Source: Candidatus Eiseniibacteriota bacterium (GTDB taxonomy: Bacteria; Eisenbacteria; RBG-16-71-46). Taken from it: a stretch of DNA of 29,079 bases. The notes beneath the pieces were generated by a model. The model saw only the letters and a list, made by a program, of their open reading frames with translations, had not been told where the DNA came from and did not search any database. The stretch is from contig JANLWX010000229.1 in the NCBI GenBank assembly GCA_031364845.1, forward strand, positions 1-29,079, in the 5' to 3' direction. This document shows, in pieces, positions 16,701-25,300 of this stretch. The first letter of the stretch is position 1. Each line of letters starts with the position of its first letter. A program made the position numbers and the translations under genes.

Positions 16701-18853
16701 ACGTGGACCTTACGCCGATCGCGACTTACACCTTCAACTTCGGCGATGGTTCGCCGCCGGTGACGACCAACGCGCCGACCGCGACCGCGACGCACACGTA
16801 CTCGGATGTCGCGAGCTACACGGTGACGCTGATCGCCACCGACACGGGCGGATCGCCTTCGGCTCCGGTTACTGCAGACATCACCGTGACACCGCCGCCG
16901 GACGATCCGCCGGTTGCCGCGCTGAGCGTGGTTCAGAACCTCACGCCGAATCTCACGGTGACGGCTGACGCGTCTGGCTCGACCGACACCGACTTCACGC
17001 CGATCGCGAGTTACGAGTTCAATTTCGGTGACGGCACCCCGCTCGTCGTAACGACTGCTCCGGTCGCCATCGCGACGCATACCTACGCCGCGCCGAACAC
17101 CTACACGGTGACCGTGCGGGCCATCGATACGGGTTCGCAGGCGTCGCCGCCCGTGAGCGTCACGATCGCCGTCAACGCCGGTTTCCCCGCCTCGCTCGAG
17201 CGCAGCGTGGCGGCTTCCTCGGACGATGCCGAGGAGCCGGCTGGCGCCGCGGTGAATGTTTCGAGTGGAGATCTCGAGTTGATCATGGATGCTTCAGCTC
17301 AGACCGTCGGCGTTCGCTTCACGGGTATCAACATCCCGAAGAACGCGGCGATTACGGGCGCCTACATCCAGTTCGTGGCGCGTGAGGCGCAGACGGAGGC
17401 CACGAATCTCGTGCTCCGCGGTCAGGCGATCGACAACGCTCCTACCTTCACCAGCACCGCCGGCAACATCTCGGGCCGCGCGCGCACGAGTGCCGCGGCG
17501 AACTGGTCGCCGGCTGCGTGGACCGTGGACGCCGCCGGAGCGGCTCAGCGAACGTCCGATCTCAAGACGATCATCCAGGAACTGGTGAATCGTTCGGCCT
17601 GGGTGAGCGGCAACGCGCTCGCGATCATCATCACCGGCACCGGACACCGCACGGCGTGGTCGTTCAACGGACTTGCGGCGAGCGCGCCGTTGCTGCACAT
17701 CGACTACCTCAGCAATTCGCCGACGGACGATCCTCCGGTGGCGCGCCTCTCGGTCACTCAAGCCGCCTCGCCGCCGCGAACCGTGACCGCCGACGGATCC
17801 GCATCGACCGACGGCGATGCGACGCCGATTGCGAGCTATCGATTCACATGGGGAGACGGCACGGCCGACGTGACGACGACGGCCCCGGTCGCGACGGCAT
17901 CGCACACCTATGCGTCGACCGGAACCTACACCGTGACTCTGCGAGCCACGGACACCGGGGGGAAGGTTTCGGCACCGGTGACTTCGACCGTCACCGTCTC
18001 TACGGCTTCACCCTCCAACGTCGCGGTCTATGTCGGCTACTACGACACGCACCACACGGCGCGGGCGAGGCCGAAACCGAGTCCGTGGAAGGGTTCTGCG
18101 AACGTGACGTTCGTGGGAACACAGGATCCGGGAACCACGAACGGATGGGATTCGAGCTGCATCCGGATCACCAACTCGGGATCGTCGACACTCACCGGCG
18201 TCTCGGCCACCGTGACCATGGGCTCCAAGAACTTCGCGCTGTGGGGCTCGTACTCGATTCCCGCAGGTCAGTCGCTGATCCTCGCCCAGACCGGCTTCGA
18301 AAACTTCGACGGCTCCGACTCGAGTCCGGCCGGATGCTACGGCTGCAATCCGACTCTGTGCGTGACGGCAGTGTCCTCGACGAAACCGGTCGTCAAAGTG
18401 ACGATCGCAGGCAAGCTGACCGAGTACATCGACACCGACCAGATCATGAACACCAAGGGCGTGGACGGTGCAGGGTGTCCTTACACCGGCACGCGCAACG
18501 ATGAATCGAGCAACTGGGTCCAGGTGTTCCCCCGCGCCGCGGCGGCGATGCCGGCGTGGAGCAACCCCGAACTGGCCGGTCCCATCGCACGGAAACTCGA
18601 TCTCTCGAGCCCGATGCCGAATCCGTCGCAGGGCGACCTGTCGTTCCAGTTCTCGGTACCTTCGCGCGGCGACGTGCGCCTCGGCGTCTACGACATCATG
18701 GGCCGGCAGGTTCGCGGCTACCTCGACGAAGTGCTGGAGCCGGGCGACTATCGCGGCGCGCTCAAGCTCAACGGCATGGCGCCCGGGATGTACTTCCTCG
18801 GATTGCGTTCGACCGCGGGCAATATCAACAAGGCGTTCGTGCTGATCCGCTGA
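13736..18853 (+). CDS. Giant secreted surface protein: 4 'SSDDAEE' modules, 7 PKD domains, a Cys-containing domain and a T9SS-type-A/FlgD-like C-terminal domain
   Basis: Signal peptide ...WLKIAALAIACSLSAFTTAGA after ATG 13736; seven F(D/N/T)(F/W)GDG...HxY PKD motifs; C-terminus PNPSQG...VYDIMGRQVR...GMYF...KAFVLIR. Confidence 0.9.
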   Translation: MTSLIAAYRRSVSSCPRWLKIAALAIACSLSAFTTAGAITLESRPAVSSDDAEEGPSGSVNLTSSDLELVVDGTSTQTVGIRWPAVTIPAGATVTAAYIQFATDEAQSEATNLVIRGLAADNAPTFATTSANVSSRVRTTASVGWAPLGWSTVGQAGANQRTPDLANVIQEIVNRPGWASGNALALVVTGTGHRTAYAVDGSATLAPLLHVEYSTGPPPPDFAPVAGLSVTQNASPFLTVTANGSTSTDTDLTPIASYTFDFGDGSPPVTTQAPTATATHTYAAAGTYTVSLIATDTGSQASTPATADITVAAPPDAPPTARLAVTQTAPLTARADASASRDSTDLTPIASYSFDFGDGSAPVVVSAPTAVATHVYAVAGPYVVTLIVTDTANNSSAPVTAGITVDERVAGSTERRIAASSDDAEEPTGGSVNLSSSDLELIMDSTAQTVGMRWTALAIPAGATIEAAYVQFAAREAQTEVTNLVIRGQAADNPATFTSAAGNVSARARTTASASWSPAAWIANAAGAAQRTTELKSVIQEIVNRPGWASGNALALIVTGTGHRTAFSIDGSAALAPLLHVDFSTGPPPPDFPPVAGLSVAQIASPFLTVTANGSTSTDGDLTPIATYRFDFGDGTTAVTTTAPTATATHTYAAAGPYTVQLIATDTAAQPSSPVTADITVVAPTDVPPTAGLSVTQTAPLTARADASTSTDSTDLTPIASYTFDFGDGTPLETTTAPTAIATHTYAVGGTYLVTLIVTDSGNNASSPVSTNVTVDDRIAGSVERRIAVSSDDAEEPTGSSVNLSSSDLELIMDASAQTVGLRWTGITIPRGATIEAAYVQFAAREAQTEATDLVIRAQAADNPVTFTTAAGNVSTRARTTTSASWAPAAWTANAIGAAQRTSDLKNVIQEIVNRPGWTSGNALALIITGTGHRTAWAIDGQPASAPLLHVDYSVGPPPPENPPVAGLTLTQLASPPLTVTADGSTSTDVDLTPIATYTFNFGDGSPPVTTNAPTATATHTYSDVASYTVTLIATDTGGSPSAPVTADITVTPPPDDPPVAALSVVQNLTPNLTVTADASGSTDTDFTPIASYEFNFGDGTPLVVTTAPVAIATHTYAAPNTYTVTVRAIDTGSQASPPVSVTIAVNAGFPASLERSVAASSDDAEEPAGAAVNVSSGDLELIMDASAQTVGVRFTGINIPKNAAITGAYIQFVAREAQTEATNLVLRGQAIDNAPTFTSTAGNISGRARTSAAANWSPAAWTVDAAGAAQRTSDLKTIIQELVNRSAWVSGNALAIIITGTGHRTAWSFNGLAASAPLLHIDYLSNSPTDDPPVARLSVTQAASPPRTVTADGSASTDGDATPIASYRFTWGDGTADVTTTAPVATASHTYASTGTYTVTLRATDTGGKVSAPVTSTVTVSTASPSNVAVYVGYYDTHHTARARPKPSPWKGSANVTFVGTQDPGTTNGWDSSCIRITNSGSSTLTGVSATVTMGSKNFALWGSYSIPAGQSLILAQTGFENFDGSDSSPAGCYGCNPTLCVTAVSSTKPVVKVTIAGKLTEYIDTDQIMNTKGVDGAGCPYTGTRNDESSNWVQVFPRAAAAMPAWSNPELAGPIARKLDLSSPMPNPSQGDLSFQFSVPSRGDVRLGVYDIMGRQVRGYLDEVLEPGDYRGALKLNGMAPGMYFLGLRSTAGNINKAFVLIR
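13870..18000 (+). repeat. Intragenic tandem repeat of a ~1.11-kb unit (SSDDAEE module plus 2 PKD), about 3.7 copies
   Basis: First Asp codon of DDAEE at 13883, 14999, 16109 and 17222, giving periods of 1116, 1110 and 1113 nt. Confidence 0.92.
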
Positions 18854-18874
18854 GCGCCGTCGCCAAATGAAGCG

Positions 18875-18916
18875 CGCGAAACCCCTGCGCCCTCTCAGTT
18901 CAGGGGTTTCGCGTTT
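18875..18916 (+). terminator. Intrinsic terminator hairpin between convergent genes (possibly bidirectional)
   Basis: 13-bp perfect stem CGCGAAACCCCTG (18875-18887) / CAGGGGTTTCGCG (18901-18913) followed by TTT. Confidence 0.7.
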
Positions 18917-18960
18917 GATGGCGGAGCGGGACGCACGAGCCTCGCTCGAGGCGCGGATGC

Positions 18961-19182
18961 TCAGGCGCTGCGACCGCCGCGATTGGTCAGCGCGATCACG
19001 ATGATGAGGAACACGCCGACGCCGACTGCCCATACCCACCACTGGCCATACCAGACCGTGGTCGTCGTGCGCGTCGTCGTGTAGGTCGAGTCCGCTGCGA
19101 CCTGTGCGACCTGCGTCATCGCCAGCCACAACGAATAGACCATCGTCGCCAGCGTCGCCGACCATCCCCGTCGAATATTCAT
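18961..19182 (-). CDS. Small membrane protein (73 aa): signal-like N-terminus, Thr-rich linker, C-terminal TM helix
   Basis: Strong SD GAGGAGG upstream of ATG; TTTRTTTTVWYGQWWVWAVGVGVFLIIVIALTNRGGRSA. Confidence 0.8.
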   Translation of the reverse strand: MNIRRGWSATLATMVYSLWLAMTQVAQVAADSTYTTTRTTTTVWYGQWWVWAVGVGVFLIIVIALTNRGGRSA

Positions 19183-19242
19183 AGACCCTCCTCAGTCCGA
19201 GTTTTCTGCCGGCCACGTTCGGAACCGGGCACCGCACTCCTC

Positions 19243-19258
19243 CGCACGATTTGTGCCG
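19243..19258 (-). promoter_or_regulatory. Putative sigma54 (-24/-12) promoter of the small membrane protein gene
   Basis: Minus strand CGGCACAAATCGTGCG = GG-N10-GC with GGCAC core, about 60 nt upstream of ATG; an IHF-like CAAGTCCTTG lies just upstream. Confidence 0.5.
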
Positions 19259-19348
19259 CAGCTTTGGTGTTGCAGGCCAAGGACTTGGGGGTTTGTGGCC
19301 TCGTGTCGGGCTGATGAATCCTTACAACCGCGGAAGAATGTGCACGGG

Positions 19349-19391
19349 AAAAACAGCAACGGCGCGAACCCGGAGTCCGGTGTTCGCGCCG
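19349..19391 (-). terminator. Intrinsic terminator of the coiled-coil gene
   Basis: Stem CGGCGCGAAC/GTTCGCGCCG (19360-19369/19382-19391) extended by CCGG/CCGG, followed on the minus strand by TTGCTGTTTTT. Confidence 0.7.
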
Positions 19392-19417
19392 CGCGTGATG
19401 CTGGTGATTATTCGAGA

Positions 19418-22084
19418 TCAGGCCGCTTTGGCGTGCGGGATGTCCTCGTCGTCGTCGTCCTGGTCGTTGCCGAGCGCAACCGCGGCCCGAACCCGGGTCG
19501 TGATGTCCCGTTCCTCGCGCAGTCCTTCGATCGCCGCCTCTGCCTGCTTCAGCAGGAACTGGAGCGAACCGGTCTTCTCGACCGCCTGATCGACGATCGC
19601 CTTCTGACCCTGCAGTGACTCGAGGCTCGAGCGGACATCGGCCAGCAGGCCGTCGGCACGGGCGAGCCGCTCTTCGGCTTTCGTCATCTGGCGCTTGCGC
19701 TCGTCGAGCGCGGTCACGGTGTCACGCACCTCCTGCAAGCGGTCCATGACCTCCTTGAGGTGCGCGCGGCTCTCTTCGATCTCCTGGTGCGCCGAGGTGA
19801 TCTCACGCACATGGGACGCCGTGCTCTCGGCCATGACGAACATGCGGTCGAGATCTCCCTGCAGAGCTTCAACGGTGCCCTGGCGTGCCGAGAGCTGATC
19901 GAGTGACTGGGCGATGTCCTGATCGACGAGATCCCACTTCGTGAGACGCTCTTCGAACTGCGTGAAACGCTGCTCGACGTTGCGAAGGTTGGCGAGGCGG
20001 CTCTCGAGCTGCGTCGAAACGTCGTCGACCTTCGACAGACGTTTGTCCGCGGTCGCGAGTGCGGAGGTGAGGCGCTTCGCAAGGTCTTCGAGTTGCTGCG
20101 CCGAGGTCGCGGCTTCGGTGCGCAGCGCCGACACCTTCTCCAGATCCTTGGCGGCCGCGGTCAATGCCTGATGGCGCTGTTCCAGCTCCGGACGGAGCGC
20201 CCGCGTGCGTTCCTCGAGTTCCTCGACCGACTCGGAGCGGGCGACGATCGCGGCCACGGTCTTGCGGACTTCGTCCGCTTTGCGCCCGGCCTCTTTCACG
20301 CCCGACGTCACCGAGGCGATCGTCATGGTCATGCGTTCGGCTTCCTCGGAGTGCGACGCAAACGCGACGAACCGCTGTTCGGCCGCGTCCATGAAGGCCT
20401 GCTGCTGGCGGCCGCGTTCGGCGAGGTTGCTGCCCAAAGTCTCGAGTTCCGCCATGCGCCGGTGCAGGTCTTCGACGAACTCGCGGCGCGCTTCGATCGC
20501 CGACATCGATTCGCCGATGCGCTGCGTCTGCTTCTGCACGAACTCGAGCGCCGGTCCCATCGTCCGCAGTTCGCTGACCTGCTCGCGCAACTCGGTGACG
20601 GACTGCTCGACGCCCTCGAGCCACGAGCGGGTTTCCGTCTGCGTCTCCCGCATGCGAACGATCTCGGCATGGGCGAGCCGCGACTGTTCGAGCGTGTCCT
20701 TCACGGTGGCGTTGGTACCGGACAAGTGTTCGAGATCGCGCAGCGCGATCCCGAGCGCCGGACGCAGTCCTTCGATCTGGGTCATCTGTGCTGCCACTTC
20801 GCGGGCAGTGCGGCCGGTCTCGTCGAGATCCCGCCGAATGCCGTCGAGCCGCGCCATCTCGGTGTCGATCTGAGTGGCCTGCGTCGTCAGGGCCTGCAGG
20901 TGCGTGGCGATCACCTGTGTCTGCGCCTTCAGCTCCCCGACCATCTGGCCCGACTCTTTCACGCCCTTGAAGCGGCTCTCGCAATCGGAGACCGCCGCTC
21001 TGAGATCCGCCACGCGCTGGGTCACCGACTCCATGCCGCGACGTTCGAAGTCGAACCGCTCGACGGTCTTCTTGGTTTCGTCGGTCACGCCGGCGAGTTC
21101 CTGACGCGTCGTCTGCGTGCGCTCGTCGATTTCGCGCTGGAGCTGCGAGATCTCGTTCGAGCGCTCGACGACCGTCTCGTGCAGCGAACGCACGGCGCCG
21201 ATCTGCTCCTGAAGTATCCCGAGCGACTTCTCGTTCTCCTGCTGCTGGCGCAAGCCGGCATCGATCTGGCGCATGGCCTGATCGAGGTGATCTGCCTGCG
21301 CGAGGGCACGGTCGACCGTCTCGCGCTGGGCTTCGAGCGCTGCGGACTTCTGTCCGAGCAGGTCGGCCATCGACTTGAGCGTCGCCATCTCGCGACGAAC
21401 ATCGCTCACGGCGTGCTGAACGCCGTCCATCTCGTGAACCGCATTCTGGACGCTGGCGACGCGGCGCTCCTTGTCCTGCAGCGAGCGGCCGAGGTCGTCG
21501 CGACGCCGGTCGAGTGCTTCCATCTTCTGCATCGCGCTCTTGTGCGCATCGAGCAGCCGGTCGTGCTGCTCGCGCAGGCGGACCAGCTGATCGCTGGTTC
21601 CATCGACCTGGCCACGCAGGGTTTCAGCGTCACCGCGCAACTGGTGGAACGGCTTCTCGACGTCGAGGAACGACCCCAGCCGCTCCTTGAGATCGAGGGC
21701 GATGTCGACCTTTTGGCTCAGGTCCTCGAACACCGATCGGATCTGCTGCGCATTCTCGAGCGAGTTCGTGATCTGGGACTCGGCCTGCTGCTGGCTCAGG
21801 ACGAGATTCCGCGCGCGCTCATCGAGCGCCTCGATCTGCTCCGATGCCTGCGTGAGTGCGGTGAAGCGCTGTTCCAGCTGCTCGAGACGGCCCGTGACCG
21901 CGTCGACGTCCTCGCTCGCGCGCGCGATCGGGTCGCCGAGGTGCTGCAGACGCTCGGTCGCACTCTGAATCTTCTCGAGGAGCGCCTCATTGCGATTGCG
22001 CTCGTCCTGCATCTGGTTCAGCACCGCCTGCATGTCCTCGGCGAGTTCGCGATCCTTGGAGCCTTTTCCAAAAATGGGGCTCAT
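19418..22084 (-). CDS. Long cytoplasmic coiled-coil protein (888 aa), function unknown
   Basis: SD GAGGAG; E/Q/R/L/A-rich heptad pattern along nearly the whole length with very few Pro; no signal peptide, TM segment or Walker motif visible. Confidence 0.88.
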   Translation of the reverse strand: MSPIFGKGSKDRELAEDMQAVLNQMQDERNRNEALLEKIQSATERLQHLGDPIARASEDVDAVTGRLEQLEQRFTALTQASEQIEALDERARNLVLSQQQAESQITNSLENAQQIRSVFEDLSQKVDIALDLKERLGSFLDVEKPFHQLRGDAETLRGQVDGTSDQLVRLREQHDRLLDAHKSAMQKMEALDRRRDDLGRSLQDKERRVASVQNAVHEMDGVQHAVSDVRREMATLKSMADLLGQKSAALEAQRETVDRALAQADHLDQAMRQIDAGLRQQQENEKSLGILQEQIGAVRSLHETVVERSNEISQLQREIDERTQTTRQELAGVTDETKKTVERFDFERRGMESVTQRVADLRAAVSDCESRFKGVKESGQMVGELKAQTQVIATHLQALTTQATQIDTEMARLDGIRRDLDETGRTAREVAAQMTQIEGLRPALGIALRDLEHLSGTNATVKDTLEQSRLAHAEIVRMRETQTETRSWLEGVEQSVTELREQVSELRTMGPALEFVQKQTQRIGESMSAIEARREFVEDLHRRMAELETLGSNLAERGRQQQAFMDAAEQRFVAFASHSEEAERMTMTIASVTSGVKEAGRKADEVRKTVAAIVARSESVEELEERTRALRPELEQRHQALTAAAKDLEKVSALRTEAATSAQQLEDLAKRLTSALATADKRLSKVDDVSTQLESRLANLRNVEQRFTQFEERLTKWDLVDQDIAQSLDQLSARQGTVEALQGDLDRMFVMAESTASHVREITSAHQEIEESRAHLKEVMDRLQEVRDTVTALDERKRQMTKAEERLARADGLLADVRSSLESLQGQKAIVDQAVEKTGSLQFLLKQAEAAIEGLREERDITTRVRAAVALGNDQDDDDEDIPHAKAA

Positions 22085-22190
22085 TCATGCTCCTCATGAC
22101 TCGCCGGTCGATCGGTGAGATCGGACCGCCGGTTCAGCTCGGGGTGGGGTCTGTGCTCCTCAGGAGGAGCCGGGCTAGCGGTCCGCACAG

Positions 22191-22206
22191 TGCAAAAGGC
22201 GGACCC
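22191..22206 (-). promoter_or_regulatory. Possible sigma54 promoter of the coiled-coil gene
   Basis: Minus strand GGGTCCGCCTTTTGCA = GG-N10-GC with a consensus TTGCA -12 box, about 105 nt upstream of ATG. Confidence 0.4.
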
Positions 22207-22331
22207 ATCTGATGCGAGATGCCATCGCCTGCGGCATCAGCACTTGGGACCACCGGCGGGCGCCAGGGCAGGCCCGGGTGGACAGATCCGGGCCGCCGGC
22301 ATGGCTCAACGCTGGCCGGTGAGGCGGGAAA

Positions 22332-25300
22332 TCACCGGACGATCGCAAACCTTCGTGTGGCGGTCCCGCCGGCAGTGGCCACGCGGCAGAAGTAGACGCC
22401 CGACGGCAGCTTCCGTTCCGACTCGCCGCGCCCGTCGAATACGACGCTGTGGTCGCCGGCCGGGGTCTCGGGCCGGTCGTAAAGGCTGCGGACCACGCGT
22501 CCGGTCAGGTCCAGGATCTGAACCCGCGCGAAACCGGCCTCCGGCTGCACGAAGCGGATCGACGCGGAGACGCGCAGCGGGTTCGGCGTCACTTGAACGC
22601 CGAACCCGTTGGCCCCCGGCCCCGACACGTCGGTGGTCGGGTCGATCGCACGGATCGAGATGTTGTCGATCAGCACCGACTGCGATGGCGCGTCGGGATA
22701 GACGAGGACCTGGAAGTCGAGCGTCGATCCCGCCATCTGCGCGAGGTGATGTACCTCGGCGAGCTGCCAGGTCGCCGACAGCGGAACGATCGGCGAGAAC
22801 GTCGTAGCTCCGATCTTCACACCGTTGTTGAACTCACGAATCTGGAGCCGCGCCTGTCCCGTGCCGGACGCCGCGCGAATCCAGGACCCGTACCGGTAGG
22901 GCCTCCCGACCTGGCCCGCGGAAATGGTCCCGATCCAATTTGGACTGTCGTTCGCGCCGAACGTCGCCGTCGTGGCGGGACCGTCGGCCCGGATGGCGTA
23001 CGTGCCGTCGAAGCCTCCGGTCACGCGTTGGATCGTCCCTCCTCCATATCCTGCCCAGCCGGTGAGGGCCGTCTCGACCGATCCATTGGTCGCGAGATTG
23101 ATACCCGAATTGTTCGCGACGATCACCTCGACCGAGGACGAGTCGATCGCACCCGCGGGGTCGGTGACCTTCAGCTCGAGAGTCCAGTGGCCCGGGCCAT
23201 AGACGTGGTTGGCGCTCGAAGCGGGACCGGGTCCCGCGATCGAGCCGTCTCCGAATTCGAATCGGTAGAACTCGATCGGACCGTCGGGATCGAGAGAGGT
23301 TCCGCCATCGGCGGTCACGTGAAGCGGAGCGTTGCCGGTCTTGGGCGTGACCGCGAGATGGGCGACCGGTCTCGAGTTGGGAGGACTGAGCACGGTGATG
23401 GTGCGCGAAGGCGGAGTGCTGTTGAAACGGCCGAGCGCATCCTGGACGAAGAAGCGAACGACATAAGTTCCGGAGAAGTTGAACGGCACCGGGCCCGGGT
23501 CCTCCACCGTTGCGCTGGTGGCAGCCGTATCGAAATCCCACAGATAGCTGAGCGGGACATTTCCGTCGGGATCCGCCGCGAATCCCTGGAAGTTGACGGT
23601 CTGCCCGCGGTTGATCGTCACATTCTGAGTGGGTGACTGGATCAGACCCACCGGCGCTTCGTTGGCCGACGGGCCGACGATCACCTCGATGTTGGCCGGC
23701 GTGGGATCGGCGAGGCCGCGGCTGTCGGTGACGACGAGTTGCACTTCATAGGTGCCCTGCTGTTCGAAGACGATCGCTCCAGGATTCTGATCGTTCGAAC
23801 CCGGCGCGCCCTCGTCGAAGTGCCACGCGTAGGTGGCCGGCAGGTCGCCATCGGCGTCCGTGGCGGATCCCGTGAACTGAATACTCTGGCCCTGCGTAAT
23901 GGTCACGTCCCCGGCCGGCGTGGTGATGATCCCGTTGGGCGGGTGATTGACGTTGCCGACTGCAATCTCCCGCACGTCCGGCGTGGGATCCGTACGCCCG
24001 GCTGCGTCCGAGACCGTGAGCTTCACCTGGTAGAGCCCCGTGGTCGGGAATACGACGGCGCCCGGATCTTCGAGCGATGAATTCGGCGCGCCCCCACCGA
24101 AGTCCCAGTGGTACGTGAGCGGAAGGCCGAGCGGATGGAAACCGGTCGACGTGAAGGACACCGACTCTCCGGGATTGATGGCCGTGTCGCCGGCGGGCGT
24201 GTCGATGTCGCCGCTCGGAGTGGTCACACTGATGATCTCGGTGTCCATCACCGTTCCCGGCGTGCAGTCGATGTCGTTCGGATTCGATCCCTGGTCGCCG
24301 GGTGGTCCGCAGATCGCTTCGATCTTGATGGCATCGGCGCTGAACGACAGCTTCACCGGCCCGTGCCGCATCGCCCGGAACGCCGAATAGGCAGGCGGCG
24401 GGCAGCCGCTGCGATAGAGACATCCGTTGGACGGATCGTCCTCGAGGTGCGCTCCGCCTCCGCCGGCGGTGATGTGGACCACGCCGTCCTGGGGATAGGT
24501 GCGCTCGTAGTTGTGACTATGACCGTTGATGTTGAGACGGTACTTGCTATGTGACGCCCCGAGTTGTCCAAGATAGTTCTTGAGTGTCGTGGAGCCGGGA
24601 TGATGGGCGGAGGAATACGCCGGGCGATGGCCGAACGTCACGATGAAGGTGATCAGCGGATCTGCCTGCGCGGAATCCATGATCGCGTCCGCCCGCGGGA
24701 GCCAGTCCGCCCACGCGCCGGGCCACGGCTCGGGATAGGCGATGAAGCGCACGTTGCCGTAGTCGAACCAGTACCAGTCTTCGCCGCAGCAACTCACGGC
24801 CGGCGATCCGGGCGATGTGCGCGGGTTCGGCAGGTCGAACCGGCCTTTGTAGTTCCTCAGGTCGTCGACGTAGTCGCTGGTTTCGTATTCGTGATTGCCC
24901 CACGCGGGCATGTACGCGGCGTCCTGCGACCACACCATGACGTCGTTGAAATGGTTGTCGACCGCGGCCTGGCCGTGGGAATTGCCGTACGCGAGGTCGC
25001 CCGGCACGAGCGTGAAGTGCGGGCGCTGGTCGGCGATCTGCTGCTGGACCACAGCGACCCGGAACAATTCCTCCGTGCTCCCGACGTCGGCTTCCGCCAT
25101 GACGACGAAGTCCGAGGTTCCCGGGCGCCGCGGGGTTCGAAACGTGTGCCGGGCTCCGGAGCCGATGGCGTAGTGGTAGAGCGTGTCCGGGAGCAGGCCG
25201 GTGATCCGCGCCTCGCGAAACGGTCCCGAAGACGACCACGGCACCGGCGACGGCGTGACCGCCGTGACGGTCGAACCGAACGCCGGAGTCAGCCCGTAGC

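Noticed and set aside
13870..18000. Long repeats as a CRISPR array or DGR template/variable repeat
   Set aside because: They are in-frame ~1.1-kb protein-domain repeats with synonymous divergence; no spacers, no adenine-specific pattern noticed, and no cas or reverse transcriptase gene in the window
18919..18930. Minus-strand CCCGCTCCGCCA followed by a hairpin, resembling a tRNA 3' end or att remnant
   Set aside because: No TTCGA T-loop or cloverleaf upstream and no integrase nearby; 12 nt is too short to support the call
19418..22084. Annotation as SMC or methyl-accepting chemotaxis protein
   Set aside because: No Walker A/B, signature or hinge motifs, and no MCP hairpin signature or TM segments
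20093..22099. 668-aa plus-strand ORF
   Set aside because: Antisense shadow of the coiled-coil gene, which has the SD, terminator and coherent composition
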